64,000 bases of DNA from Octopus vulgaris. Its lineage: Eukaryota. Both the position numbers and the translations under genes were made by a program. The stretch spans positions 42,780,001 to 42,844,000 of the forward strand of contig OX597815.1 in NCBI GenBank assembly GCA_951406725.2. The letters run 5' to 3'. This document shows, in pieces, positions 14,950 to 28,573 of this stretch. The notes beneath the pieces are model-generated. The model ran no database searches and was not told the DNA's origin. It saw only the letters and a program-made list of their open reading frames with translations. The first letter of the stretch is position 1; each line of letters opens with the position of its first letter.

Positions 14950-15950
14950 TGGGGTTTTGTTAATGGTTGTTTTAATGCGTATGATACTGAAAATTCTAAA
15001 CGAGTTTCTCTTCCTTATTCGTCAGAGTATTGCATCCATCATTTAATTTTATATAAGAGTGAACAATTCTTGACATCCATCCTCCTTACTTTTCTCAAGC
15101 TCCGTCTAAGTCTACCAATGTATTAAACATTTAACATAATCATTCCCAGCAAACATGTTGTATCCAGACAGCTGATGATAACATGTTTCCGTCTTTTACA
15201 TGTATATCCTACATAAAGCTGGTGCCACTTCCGTTCCTTGCATACTCATATTTCTATCATTTGTAATGTAACTAGTTTTTCTGCAATCCACATTACAGTT
15301 TAACCGTCCATGGTTTTATTTTATCCAAGCCCATAAGTACTTCTCTGTATAGATTTTTATTATTTTGCTACTTGAAAGGTAGTTTCTCTGAGAACTTTTT
15401 CTAATTTCGTTTTCATATTCCACCAAATGTTGTTCCAAATACACTTAATTCTTTCTCCATTTCTAATGATCTCTCCAGAGCACATTTTGCAGTTAAGAAA
15501 TGCAACATCTGTTTCTCTATTTCTCTTTTAATACAACACTATTCTGTTCTTATCTCTTGCGCATACAGTTCTTTTCCACAAATCGCCTTATAATATGCTA
15601 CTCTAATTTCTAACTAACGTTTCCTCACATATATCTTCTAAACTGTTAACACCGCTACTTCGATTTTCCTTCTTGTAAATAACCTTCATCCTTTCTTTTT
15701 CGTTCTTTAAATTCCCGTCATAATTCCATTCAGGATCAATAGATCTTTATCGAACTGAACAAGAGCCACAGGACTTTATACCTTACAGTCTGAATTCTCA
15801 TTTCGGGTTCATTTTAACCCGATATGTTTATTATGTTTTATTTGAAGGATAGTTTCTCCGACAGCTTCTTTGTAATTTCATTCCCATATTCCACCAAATG
15901 TTATTCCATGTACATATTCTAGTGGCCATTTTTTCTAGACTATTGTTTTC
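14950..15950 (-). mobile_element. Possible highly decayed Penelope-like fragment with internal duplication
   Basis: Minus strand near 15100 gives YIGRLRRSLRK (GIY-YIG-like); ~65-bp duplication 15380-15445 vs 15850-15915. Confidence 0.3.
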
Positions 15951-18033
15951 ACTTTGTTTCCCCGTAGAACAGTTATTCAGTTATTAGAAAAGTTTTATAG
16001 ATACTGCAGCATACGTCAAAACACTTTTTACATGAATGCTAGCCAAGTAGGTGAGGTTTTGTGGTGATCAAAAGAATAAATTTTTCAAGGAATGTGTATG
16101 GGGAAGTAGATTAAATGATACTAGATAATACGGTCGTTCTTAACATGTGTACGTGATTATATTATTTCTGAGAGTACATCTCTAAATCGTTGATTTCACA
16201 CTCTTCATCGATTGCACATTTGTGATACCACAACATTCTTCTGTCTTGGCAAGCCCACAGCATAATGTTATCATCTAACGTTACCCCGGAGCTATGCTTT
16301 TCGGATACAGTTTTAGAAATTAAAGAACTAATCAACAAATCCGTCCTTAAAAGTCTTTACATTACCACCTAACAATCAATTCTTTCTTGAGGTATAATTG
16401 CGATTGGCGCTTCACTGAAGCAAACTCCAGCAAAAGTGTTTTTCTATATATAGGCTTTTCTTTTTTTTATCTAAGAAACCACAGATGAACCAACATAAGG
16501 GTAAGAAAAGCAACTAAGAGTAGCTTTAACTTACTGATGCACCCAGAACCAAAGCAAGCTTCTTACCACACAACCACGCCTATGCTGTGTATAAATTTAG
16601 AGAATCCAAGAATCCAAATGTAAATGCTGAGCATTTACATTTAGCTCAGCAGCTAAAAAGCTTTCAAAATGTTTAACTTAACCAGCGGTTTTATTTTTAA
16701 AGCAGGATATATCTGTTAGAAACATTTCCTATTGAAGCATTAGTCCTTATTGAGAAAATGTATCTCAGTATCTTGTATCATAAGTTAAATTGACTATAAA
16801 AGAACTTTGCTGTTGAGTATTCAACCAAATATCTTTTGCATCTTGTGTAAATATATATTTTAATGCAATTCGCGAATTTGAAAACTGCATTCGATATTCG
16901 CTCAGTTTCAACAAAGCTTTCGCTGACTCTTGATTATAAAGATATGTGCTATAAAACAGAAATAATTTTCCAGTGTATATGTGAGGGATTATATATATTT
17001 TAACCATGTCATGTAGCATTATTTCATATTTAATTCAATTGAAACAACTGAAAAGTTTCTTTTTCTTTTGAATTGATATAATCATTGAAGTTAACTAAAC
17101 GGATGTAAAATCAATTTAAATTCAGTTGTAGGGTTTTAACATGATATCAGCGTCTTTCACGAAATTCTATCTGATAAAAGTCTAATCAAAAAGTCTTCCT
17201 GTACAAGGCTGAGTTAACATTAGAAAGTGTAAGAATGTTAACTGGGTGGCAATGTCTTTCAGCCATTAAATCATCACTTCTAATAATTCTTTTGGGTGAA
17301 AAAATGAACAAATACAGGAACCACGTCATATCAGATAAAGTAATTAAATTTTGTTGATGAATCGATAATTACATTTGTAAAGTAAATGTAATACAATTAA
17401 AAGAAAGACTTGCTTTAAACTTAGTCACTCTCCCTCTTTATAATAAGGCCAAATTTTTTTTTTCGCTGTTTAATAATTAGAAAAAGATATTCATTATATC
17501 AGAAACTGCTTTACTTTAAAAAGATCTGAAATTAAAGATCGTTTAATGCATTTCGAATGTTATTATTGTCAAAAACAGTTAAAGAGAATGCTCTGAGAAT
17601 ATGACTTTTTAAAGATAACTATGGGTTATACATGTTTCAACGACACCAAATGATTGAAGACAGTACAAACTAATGCATAACAGTAACTTCAGTCACGATA
17701 ATGTTTCGAGAGGAGTATGGATTAGGTTTCGTGTTCTATAAATTGCTTCAGGTGAAGTATGAAATCGTATAAATTATTTCGTGTTCTACAAATGCCACTT
17801 TTGGAAAGTGATAGAACTGAACTTTGTGATAAAATATCGGTCATAATTCGACTAAACAAATATTCTCTATTTTGGTCTAAGTCAGTAAAATGAAAATGTG
17901 ACATTAGTAGTTCGAACTCTTTTCTAAGCTATTAGACGAGTTAGTGAAATGTCTCAACCAGGAAATGAGACAACGTCGAGTGTTGTCTTTTTGGGAGGTT
18001 ACATTCTACTTACTGACAACAGTTACTCTCTGC

Positions 18034-18067
<34 letters not shown>

Positions 18068-18098
18068 GTAATTTGAAGAAGAGTAGAGGTAAATCTAT

Positions 18099-18245
18099 AG
18101 GCATAGAAGTGGCTGTGTGGTAAGTAGCTTGCTTACCAACCACATGGTTCCGGGTTCAGTCCCACTGCATGGCACCTTGTGAGTGGATTTGGTGGACGGA
18201 AACTGAAAGAAGCCCGTTTTATCTATGTATGCATATATCTATATC

Positions 18246-18282
<37 letters not shown>

Positions 18283-18480
18283 TTGTCCCCCAAACATCGC
18301 TTAACAATCGATGCTGGTGTGTTTACTTCCCCGTAACTTAGCGGTTCGGCAAAAGAGATCGATAGAGTAAGTACTAGGCTTACAAAGAATAAGTCCTGGG
18401 GTCGATTTGCTCGACTAAAGGCGGTGCTCCAGCATGGCCGCAGTCAAATGACTGAAACAAGTAAAAGAGTAAGAGTATAA
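18099..18480 (+). mobile_element. tRNA-derived SINE, family A
   Basis: gtggctgtgtggtaagtagcttgc...ggttcagtcccactg head, internal microsatellite, gtaaaagagtaagag tail. Confidence 0.85.
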
Positions 18481-19064
18481 AGAATACATTTTATTTTGTC
18501 TCCCTACGTTCTCATTTCAATTCTATTGAGATCAGTTTCCACAATGTTTTTACATTACGAACTAGTAATATTTTGAAAAAGTTACATTACTCTTTCATAA
18601 AAACTGACAATGCACTTGGTTATATAGAATCATTGCCCTACTGTTATTCCAGTGACGCTGTAGAACGGTGTACTAAATACATAATAATGTTTTACTTCTA
18701 TAATTTAATCAAAAGTTTAACTTCCGCTGTTGTCATTAAATGGATGTGTATATGTGAAGGGATTCACTGATGGTGCATTTAGAGATATCTGATATTCTGG
18801 CTGAGTTTCAGCTCATTCAAACTCAGTCTTACTCAAAAAATTCTATTGAAACAAACGTACGCTGAGTGTATTTTTTAAAACAGTTAGATTTCTCCAAAGT
18901 GTGACCACAATCTGATTTCGATTCCATAGCGTTGAAAACTTCTTTTCGCATTACGCTACTGATACATCCGAGAAATGTTGATAGGGGTAATTAACCATTG
19001 AAAGTTATTTCAAGACATGTCGATTATCAAATATGCTTGATATACTAACGAATGAAATAAATAT

Positions 19065-19929
19065 TCTATTGTTTACATTATTTACATTTGACGATATTTG
19101 TCCTCATCTTGTTTGTTGTTAACACAGCGTTTCAGCTGATATACCCTCCAGACGGTGTTCTCTGTCTATTATTTTAACTTCATCCGACAGGTGAGGTGGT
19201 CTCCATTTTCCATACATGATCAGCTATACCCGATTTATCAATATCTCCCCGTGTCAAAGCTTTGCGATGTTCCTCTACCCTTATTTTGAGAGGGTGGCAT
19301 GTTTCTCCTTTGTATAACCTACCACAGCTGCATGGGTGGAGTACATGCAGTTCTTAATCATATTCTCTTCTATTGGTGGTTAAAGGAGATATTTCGAAGT
19401 GTTGTATTGCTTTTGAATACTGTCCAGATGTCATATGGGCAGCATATCTTTTGTATCTTTTCGAGGAGGCCTTCCACATAGGGTAGACAGACTGTGGACA
19501 GTTTATCGGTTTCATCCTCTCTTTTCTTCATAATTGGAGTGGAGAGTAGTTGTTACTGAGCTTGATAATTTCATCGTGGTGGATATCACGATCCGTACTT
19601 ATATTATTTGCTCGATGTTTTAGGCACTGAGCAATCTCTCCCTTTACACTGCATGGATGGTGTGAGTTGAAGCTGAGGTATCGTCCAGTGAAGGTCGGCT
19701 TGCGGTATACGGATGTCCTGAATCCATACCTGGTGCATGTTATTAATGCGTCTAGGAATGCTAGCTGATGGTATTTTTCTCTTTCCGTTGCGAACTGTAT
19801 GGATGGCTTTATTGAGTTCACATGGTCGAACAGCACCTGGACATCTTCCTGGTGGGGCCAGAGTATGAAGGTGTCATCAACATATCGCAGCCATAGAGTT
19901 GGTTTTAGTGGTGTAGATCCTAAAACCAT
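19065..19929 (-). mobile_element. Penelope-like element fragment (same family as 49915-53030): RT C-terminus, decayed GIY-YIG, partial pLTR
   Basis: LWLRYVDDTF...LAFLDALI...VYRKPTFTGRYL; terminal gggtatatcagctgaaacgctgtgttaac matches the 3' half of the HHR at 52901. Confidence 0.9.
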
Positions 19930-22704
19930 TCTATTGTTTCCTTTTCATAAATAGTTGAATTGTGCAGCAGATTTTGAATAAAACAAATATTAAATGCATT
20001 CGTTTCATCTCTTGATGCTTTCATTTTATATCCCTGTGGGATAGAGTTCACGTTACATTTCTATCGATTAAATAAATACTAATCTATGACTGGGGCTGAT
20101 ATAATCAGTTGTAATCCTACTGTAATCGCGCCTATTGTATATAGCTCCATCTAATCACATGTCTTTACGTTTTGTCTTCAAATCCTCATTAAGGCCTATT
20201 TTGTTTGTCATCATTTACGAGCTAATAAAGTGAGTACAAATCAAAGACTCGGTTTGATTAAACAAGTTACACTTCTTTCGTAAAATGTGTCTTGGGTCAA
20301 TGTTAACAATCATCATTTCCTCTTTATAATACCAACAGTATTGTTTCTGTGACACACGTTAATTAACTTTTTCTTTTAGTAACACACTTAGGTTTTCATG
20401 GAATCTTTAAGAAAAACACAAGAAATGTAAACAAATTTCTTTCAAAAGTATATTCGAACTCAAAATGTAATGAAATATCTGGAATCTACCATTTCTATCA
20501 TTCCATAACTTGTCCTCGTGTGTGTAAGACATCTTTTTCAAAAGAGAAAAAGATATTGCAGCATTACATCGTTTTGAAACTTTTACCGAAAATATAATCA
20601 ATAAACAGAAAAAGATAGAAAAACAACTCCTGAGTACACCCGTAATTGAAGAAACCTTTACATAAGTCACGACCTGCTGGTCAAGCCATAAAAAGAAGAA
20701 GCTGATATGCAAATAACATAGCTCCTTATAGGAGGATAAAAAAAGATACACTTAAACAGAAAATAAGTATTTTCTTCTTATAATCTCATCTCTCTTCTTA
20801 TTACCAATACAAATACAATATATTTCGCTGAAATTAGAAAATTATAAGGTTTCTTGACAGACTTTCTGCTGATTTCAACTATGGATATCAAATACATAAA
20901 ATAGGAAAGAAATTTAATGAAAAATCAATAAAATATACGAGTATATAAGAGTTTGAATGTTCTTATTTTTTAAGAAATTTTTCTATTACTATTATAATTA
21001 TCTGCTGTCTGAACTGATTGTAAATAAAATATTCTCCAATGAACAACGCAACGAATTAGAAAATCTACTTAAATTTTCTCACTGACTGAACAAAAGAATT
21101 ACGTTTATTCTCCTCTACATACGTGTCACTGTAAAAGAAGTGTCAGCAATAGAAAGTAGGATTCAAATATTGTTCTACCTACTCATTAAATCAACTTTAA
21201 TTAAAGATTTAATTTATGACAGTTTTTCGAAAATATACTATGAATTAACGCATATGAAACAATTCTAAACAGAATATTAAATAATTTATGAAGTAGGAGA
21301 GAATCATTAGAGCGTTGGACATTGCTCTGTGGAATTTAATGACATATACGTTTTGAATTAAGATTCCGGCAGAGTAGCCTATGCTATTCATTCTTCCAAG
21401 AGTGATAAAGCACGTACCTAGCAATGATATTAAGAGAGGTGAGTGGGTCAAAGAGGAACGTGACTGGATGGTACCCTGGGCTAAACATTTTCGGCAAAGA
21501 ATGAGTATCAGAAATAATTTTGAATTTCATAATTTTATTCAGTATTATACAGAATAATTAGATTAGCCTGTGCCATAGCCTTTTCAGTAATATCTGAAAT
21601 TCCTTCACAAGATTGAATAAAGAGATTTGCATGTGAGAGATTTCAACAGTTTTAATCTATTAAAGATGAAGACACATATATATAGAAACGGAGCAGCAGT
21701 AGTAACAGAGAAATATTTTCAGTGGCTTCTTTGAAGCTGTCTCTCTAAAAAAGCAGTACCAAAATACGTCAATATATTTCTACTTCTCTAACCGAAGATC
21801 AAATTACAAATGTTATAATAATTCGATAAAAGCAAGAAATGTGTTTAGAGGTGAAACGAGATTTTAAATAATCCTAAAATATTTTTGCTGTTTATTTACT
21901 TGTTTTTTATTACGTCTTAATACTTTTGCATCGCTAAAAGAATCAATCTGCATTATTTTTCATGATTTATATGTATAGATTCCTGTCCAAAACAGAAATT
22001 AATATTTCCTATCGAAATAAAAAATAAAATTCAAATATATTTTCCTTGAACTAAAATAAGATTATCAAGGTGGAAGAATATGATGGTAAAATAATGATTA
22101 TTGTTGAGTACATTTTCCCGCTAATATGAGGAATCATGTAAAATAAAATGGCGCCGTGTGCCCGTCATTTGTTCAACTTGTTGAATTACCTGCCCCTAGA
22201 TCAACTCGCAAGTAGCTGGGCATTCCACAGACATCATCTATACCTTTAACATAACACTCAGAAATAATCAACATGACAGAAGTGATGCGATAAGGTTGTA
22301 TCGTCTGATTTATGGATACACTTCACCCAACTGGTTTATATACAGCTTCCGTCAAATGAAATATACAAAGTATAGGTCGAATCGAGCCAATACAAGAATG
22401 GCATCTGTCTAAGATGCTGTGCAGTACGATCGAACATAGATCATTACAGCTGCTAAGCTAGGCCTTAAAAATTCGGCCATATTGCATCTAGAGAAAATTG
22501 CACATATAAATTCTAAACACATTATAATGCTTTGTGAAATTACTAAATAATGAAATATTTATAACAGCTAAGCCTTTATTTCCTGCATAATGTAAATATA
22601 TTTGTAAGACTTCCAAGATATTACATATTGAAGATAATTTGATGAAAAATATATTTCCGTTATAATTCCGTTCGAATTAGCAATTTCCAACACCCAAGTA
22701 GTAC

Positions 22705-22746
22705 AATACATACATACATACATACATACATACATACATACATACA

Positions 22747-22824
<78 letters not shown>

Positions 22825-22995
22825 TACATATATATATATATATTTACAGATATATATGTATATATATGTGTGTGTGTGTGTAAGTATATATATGTATATA
22901 TATATATATATCGATAGATAGATGACAGATAGATAAATAGATAGCTACATAGATAGATAGATAGATTGATAGATAGGTAGATAGATAGATAAATT
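22705..22995. repeat. (TACA)n/(TA)n/(GATA)n compound microsatellite
   Basis: Direct inspection. Confidence 0.95.
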
Positions 22996-23962
22996 AATAT
23001 TTTCGTCACAGCAGGATAGTTTAACTTTCAGCTCAGCGACTGTTTACATCTACTATAGAATTATTTTATTATTCCCGCAAAGAATTCTATAAAATGTTGA
23101 ACAGGTGAAAGATAATCTTCATAGTTAAACATATTTATATTCACCGTTTACTCTCGATTTATCAAGAAACAAAGAATAAATACAAAAATAGGTATTTCTA
23201 AAAGAGTTTACCAATCTTGAAACCTGATGAAAAATAGCTATTTTTCGCCTAGAAATTGTAGAAGTGAGAAATAAGAATCCCTTCAAGTGTTCAAGATAAT
23301 GTAATTGGGGAAAGAATTCAGGAAGCTAACGTGTCAAATTCAAAGAATTAATTGGCAAACGAGCTTTTCTATAAGATAAAATATCTTTTGGGTTCTTATT
23401 GTATTTTTACAATACTAAAGTTGTTTGCGAAATTTTATATCAGAAAAAATTTTGTGAAGCGATATTTGCATCAATGTCATCTACACATTTATTGTTTTAT
23501 ACTCAAGTCGTTCTTAACGCAAGGTTTTGTCGGTGAGAAGGAAATTATTGATGACACACATTGCTACTACTGATAATGGTTTGAAACATTGGCACACTTA
23601 ATTTATTGTCCTCAAGAGAGATAAAAAGCAAAATTTAACCTTGGGGTGTCTGACCACTCTGTTATAGCTATCAGTCCCATTTACAAGAATAACAACATTT
23701 TTGAAAATATTTTTTTTCACACGGGCAACAGAAAATATTAATATAAAAGGAATTAGCAAAGACATGTTTTAAGGCCAAATATATAAACAGCAGTCTCCAC
23801 TTTACCTACCAGTATATGCACATTTATGCATATATATGTATATGCATGTGGACTTGTGTATGGTTGTGCATGTGTAAATAAGGAAAATCTTTTCTTTCAT
23901 AAAAAGTTATATTATAGATACAACTCTAAAGGTTGATACCAAGAGAGTGAGAGAAAAGGCGA

Positions 23963-24026
23963 GAGAGAGAGAGAGAGAGAGAGAGAAGAAGAAGAAGAAG
24001 AAGAAGAAGAAGAAGAAGAAGAAGAA

Positions 24027-24098
<72 letters not shown>

Positions 24099-24118
24099 GA
24101 AGAAGAAAAAGAAGAAGA
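23963..24118. repeat. (GA)n-(GAA)n-(GAT)n compound microsatellite
   Basis: Direct inspection. Confidence 0.95.
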
Positions 24119-24272
24119 GTGGAAAAAGAGACAATAATTCAATTCCGTAGATCACTTGTACTTCATGTAATCTGCGACCAGATATATGAGTAGCAAAGTC
24201 CATCTCAGAAAGGCTTTGAACTCGGAACTCAAAACTCAGAATGTAAGAACATATGCAAGGACGAGTATGCAT

Positions 24273-24800
24273 GTCATTATCCAATTTTATTTCAAGATTT
24301 CTTGCCAATAGAGAAAGTTTCGGTTTCTAACCTAGATCCAAGGTTCCTTTTGGAATTTCAACAACACGAACAGGGTATTTTTGTATGTATGTATATGTGT
24401 TCAGATTTGTATGCTTTATTTTATGTATGTATTGTCATGCTTACACCTGCATAGCTAGTCATTCTCATATAAACTTAAATGATAAGATTCTGGACAGTTT
24501 CACAGATTTTTACAGTTCCAGTGATGGCTTTCGAATCAGTTTTGTCCTTTCTGGTTTTGAGAAGCCTTATTTCTCAAGATTGATATTTAGGCAGTGCTAT
24601 AAATCCCAAACCCCCAATAATTACAGGAATAAATCTGAACTTGTAATCTGGATAGAGTAAATGCAGATTTCGCAATAGTTAAGCGTAGATATTCTCTTTT
24701 TCACTGATCTTCAGCTGTATCTTAACATCTGCTGGGCAGCTAATTTCCACAGCTGTACATAGTTTCTCTTCTCTATCGCAGAACATTATATAAGGTCTAC
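24273..24800 (-). mobile_element. 5'-truncated RLE non-LTR element, family 2 (older copy)
   Basis: Homologous to 24810-25670 (cagctaatttccacagctgt = TAVEISC; same 3' UTR ending ...gaaataaaattggataatga, then catgcatac). Confidence 0.85.
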
Positions 24801-24809
24801 TGTATGTAT

Positions 24810-25670
24810 GTCATTATTCAGTTTATTTCAAGATTTCTTGCCAAGAGAGAAAGAACCGATTTCTAACCTAGCTCCACAGTACCTTCATTGGAATTTCAAC
24901 AGGGTACTTTTGTATGTATGTACGCATGCATGTATGTATATATGTACGTATGTATGTATGTATTTGCAGATTTGTATGTTTTATGTATGTTTTCTCATGC
25001 ATAGAGTTACATATCTAGACATGTTCATATATGTTTAAATGATAAACTTCTGGAAAGTTTGACAGATTTTTACAGTTCCAGTGATGGATTGGATCTGTAA
25101 CCTTCGAATTAGCTTTCTCCTTTCTGGTTTTGAGAAGCCTAATTTCTCAAGATTGGTATTTAGGGCCGCAATAATTACAGGTATAAACCTAAACTCGTAA
25201 TCTGGATAGAGTGACTGTAGATTTCTTAATAGTTCAGCATAGGTGTTCTCTTTTTCACTGATCTTCAGTTTTATTTTAACATCCGCTGGGCAGCTAATTT
25301 CTACAACTGTGCACAGTTTCTCTTCTCTATCCCAAATCATTACATCAGGTCTGTTGTACTTAAATTTTATTGAGGTCTTCACTGGTACATTCCACCAGTA
25401 TTCCTTTCCATTATGAGTGGCTATGGCTTGTACCATATTGTGGGGTTTTATTTCATTGCCTTCGGGATTATCTTTCCGACAGATTTTATTATAGGGTGTC
25501 CTGGCTACAACGTTATATCAAATCGGTAGATAATACCGTGATGACATTTTCGGACAACCGCTTATGATGTGGGTGATATCTTCGATATGAATTCTACAAG
25601 TTCTTCATTGGTCGTCACATTTTACGGCTTTTCCCGCATCTCTATCCCTTTTGTGCTTCAGGTACTTGAT
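24810..25670 (-). mobile_element. 5'-truncated RLE non-LTR element, family 2 (CCHC + RLE + 3' UTR), flanked by (CATA)n
   Basis: RTCRIHIEDITHIISGCPK knuckle; ORF 25035-25436 NRPDVMIWD...VVEISCPAD...EKENTY; 3' end ...ctgaataatga followed by catacatac; 5' end abuts (TATG)n. Confidence 0.9.
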
Positions 25671-25675
25671 TGATA

Positions 25676-25995
25676 TGTATGCATGTATGTATGTATGTAT
25701 GTATGTATGTATGTATGTATGTATGTATGTATGTATGTATGTATGTATGTATGTATGCATACATGTATGTATGAATGCATGCATGTATGTTTGTATGTTT
25801 GTATGTATGTATATGTAAGTATTTATGTATATATGTATGTATGTATGTATGTGTGTATGTATTATGTATGTATGTATGCATGCATGCACGCACGCACACA
25901 TGTATGTACGTACGTATGTATGTATGTATGTATGTATGTATGTATGTATGTATGTATGTATGTATGTATGTGCGTGCGTGCGTACGTACGTACTT
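25676..25995. repeat. (TATG)n microsatellite
   Basis: Direct inspection. Confidence 0.95.
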
Positions 25996-26564
25996 ATGTA
26001 TTAAGTACCTCAAGTTGTCTTTCTAGAGCTGGTGAATTGATGTGAGACTGCATATTGAAACTAAAGTAATTATAGTGGTGTCTAAAATTTTGACATATAA
26101 AGAAATAAATTAAATTACTTTCTTTTTAATTGCCTAAAATGGTTCTTCCCCGATGTAATTGCAATATGTATGTACAAACATCTGTTTGTGCATGTGTGTC
26201 ACTAATCGCGTGTGTTTGTATATTGTTATTTTGGATAATCATCGAAGAGAAGATAATAACCTGTCACTAAGTATCCACTACTGTCAGTTTTACAAATAGA
26301 ATTGTGATCATTAGGTTGTTCATGTATAACAATTCTACATAGGCATAACCTTCTTCTCGGAAATATTACTTATAAACAACTCAACACCTCATACTTTCCT
26401 TACTACGAAGAGTTCCACTCCTGTAAATCCTGTAGACTTATATATTTATTAAGCAGCGTGTGACCCACTGGGACTGTCTGTGACCTCAATACATCAGACA
26501 ACTGAATCGCAAATGCACATAATTGAAATAAATATAATAATAATAATAAACCCTTTCTTAAGGG

Positions 26565-26610
26565 AAGTCAAGTTAACATCTGCTGGGCAGCTAATTTCCA
26601 CAGCTGTATC
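26565..26610 (-). mobile_element. Tiny remnant of RLE family 2
   Basis: Encodes TAVEISCPADVN, matching 25270-25310. Confidence 0.6.
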
Positions 26611-26888
26611 TATCTCGGTTCCGATTTTGGGTGTTTTTTTCTTTTCAGCTTTGGAAATTTTATCAATTAACATCCCCACTACTGTTCTCCATCCATCTTA
26701 TAGGTATTGACTCTTATGTCAAATTTCAATTATCACAGTAAAGTTCATGAGAAAAACTTTCATGGCATTTTCAAAGCGACTTACTGAAATCAAAGAATTA
26801 CTTCGAGATAATGATGTTTTGAAGTGGAAAGTATCTTCAGTCAAATCTTTAGTATATCATAGAATGTGGATATCAAATGTTTTCGTAT

Positions 26889-27052
26889 AAGCGCAGGTGT
26901 GGTTGTGTGTTAAGCAGTTTGCTTCCGAAGCACACAGGTCCGGGCACAATCCCATTGCGTAGAACCTTGTGCAAGTCTCTTCCACTATAGCCTCGAGCCA
27001 AGCAAAGTTTTGTGAGCGAAATTGGTAGACGGCAACTGAAGGAAGTCCGTTG

Positions 27053-27053
<1 letters not shown>
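26889..27053 (+). mobile_element. tRNA-derived SINE family A, 5' part
   Basis: Diverged head and body matching 18099-18210. Confidence 0.75.
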
Positions 27054-27101
<48 letters not shown>

Positions 27102-27105
<4 letters not shown>

Positions 27106-27657
27106 CACATTTAATGCAGAATATGCATTTCATGTTCATCAGTGCAACAAACTCAAGAAATATAAGAGAAAACATAACATTACAAGCTCGATAGCCAACT
27201 GTAGAATTCATCGTAGCATGTACGAATGTTTATCTTTACATATCTATGAAAAGGGCGGGCTTATTCGCAATGCATTTCGGTACCAAATTGTCTAGTCGGA
27301 ATAAAAGTTGGCTATCGAGCTTGTAATGTTATGTTTTCTCTTATATTTCTTGAGTTTGTTGCACTGATGAACATGAAATGCATATTCTGCATTAAATGCG
27401 AAATCACATGTGATATGTAACTGAATTCTTTTTTAAAATGATGTGTTTTGAAGTTTTGCATTCGGTAAAATTTTGTTTATTTTTAGTAGTTTTGACCGCA
27501 TAGGTCCCTCTTAGCGTGTTGGTATCTACGAATAGTAGTACCCTCAATATAATATAAATGAATATTTTCAAAGAGGAAGAATTTACGGATTTTTTCTCTT
27601 ACGAGGTTTTTCACGCTGACTACTGATAATTTCTTTTAAAGATTTTATCCTCAATTG

Positions 27658-27660
<3 letters not shown>
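27102..27660 (+). mobile_element. ORF-less HHR element with 99-bp inverted duplication (27102-27200 / 27306-27404), inserted in (TA)n
   Basis: Arms are reverse complements with one mismatch; (TA)n on both sides; ends in ttttatcctcaattgtta, similar to the 54-kb repeat. Confidence 0.8.
27359..27420 (+). ncRNA. Type-I hammerhead ribozyme motif
   Basis: ttgca CTGATGA a cat g aaatgca tattc tgcatt aa atg c GAAAT cacatgtg ATA tgtaa; stem I ttgca/tgtaa, palindromic stem III ATCACATGTGAT. Confidence 0.8.
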
Positions 27661-27744
<84 letters not shown>

Positions 27745-27904
27745 ATACCAATAATGCCCCCAGGCGTTGCCCGGCTGTTATGACCTACAGCCACTTTGTA
27801 TTATTCGTTCTTTCTTATGGGTAGAATTGGCACACAAGGAGTATGAAGCAAACAACTCTTCTTTATAAACATGTTTTTTGGTTATATTCTGATGAATGAC
27901 GCTG

Positions 27905-28055
27905 CAGTTTCCGTTTACCAAATTCAGCCACAAGTCTGTGGTTAGCCTAGAGCTATAATAGAAAACACTTGCCTAAGGTACTATGCAGCGGGACTGAATG
28001 TGGAACCATGTGGTTGAGAAGCAGACTTCTCAACTACACAGTCATTCTTGCACCT
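27905..28055 (-). mobile_element. tRNA-derived SINE family A, partial
   Basis: cagtttccgtttaccaaatt...gggactgaatgtggaaccatgtggttg. Confidence 0.7.
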
Positions 28056-28488
28056 AATATGTGTGTGTGTGTGTTTACATTTGTTGTTAAATCAAGAATT
28101 GTGTCCTACTATGTCTCAAAGTTAGCAGAGATCTATGAAATAAATGTCAGATTGAAATACGTATTGAGGTCAGTATGATCAATTAAATTTTTGAAGGTGA
28201 TACACCATCATGATGACAGTCGAAAGACTAAACCCAGTAAAATAATGTCTAAAGACTTAACGGCTTCAAATTTAAGGTAATGGATTACTAACCACAAGAT
28301 AATGAGTTCAAACCTTCGTATTGGTTTTCCACTCCATACGATAACAGTATATGAACATCTCAGTCTACCTGACTTCCATCAATTAACAATTGTAATTTGA
28401 AGTTCAATGGTTTTCAGTAAGAAAGATGTCCAGATTTCTTTAAAAGTTATTGTGAAAAATATTCTGAGAAATAGTATTTTTTTCACAT

Positions 28489-28573
<85 letters not shown>

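Noticed and set aside
14998-15030. Minus-strand CTGACGA...GAAACTCGTT
   Set aside because: No stem I or stem II pairing
16765-17904. Protein-like minus-strand ORFs (84 aa, 60 aa)
   Set aside because: No recognisable domain or clear splice structure; cannot be distinguished from chance without RNA-seq or homology search
23219-23262. CTGATGA followed by a palindrome and GAAA
   Set aside because: Stem II is out of register with GAAA and there is no stem I
27745-27790. Helitron-like start (ccaggcgttgcccgg)
   Set aside because: Too short; no matching 3' hairpin/CTRR end found
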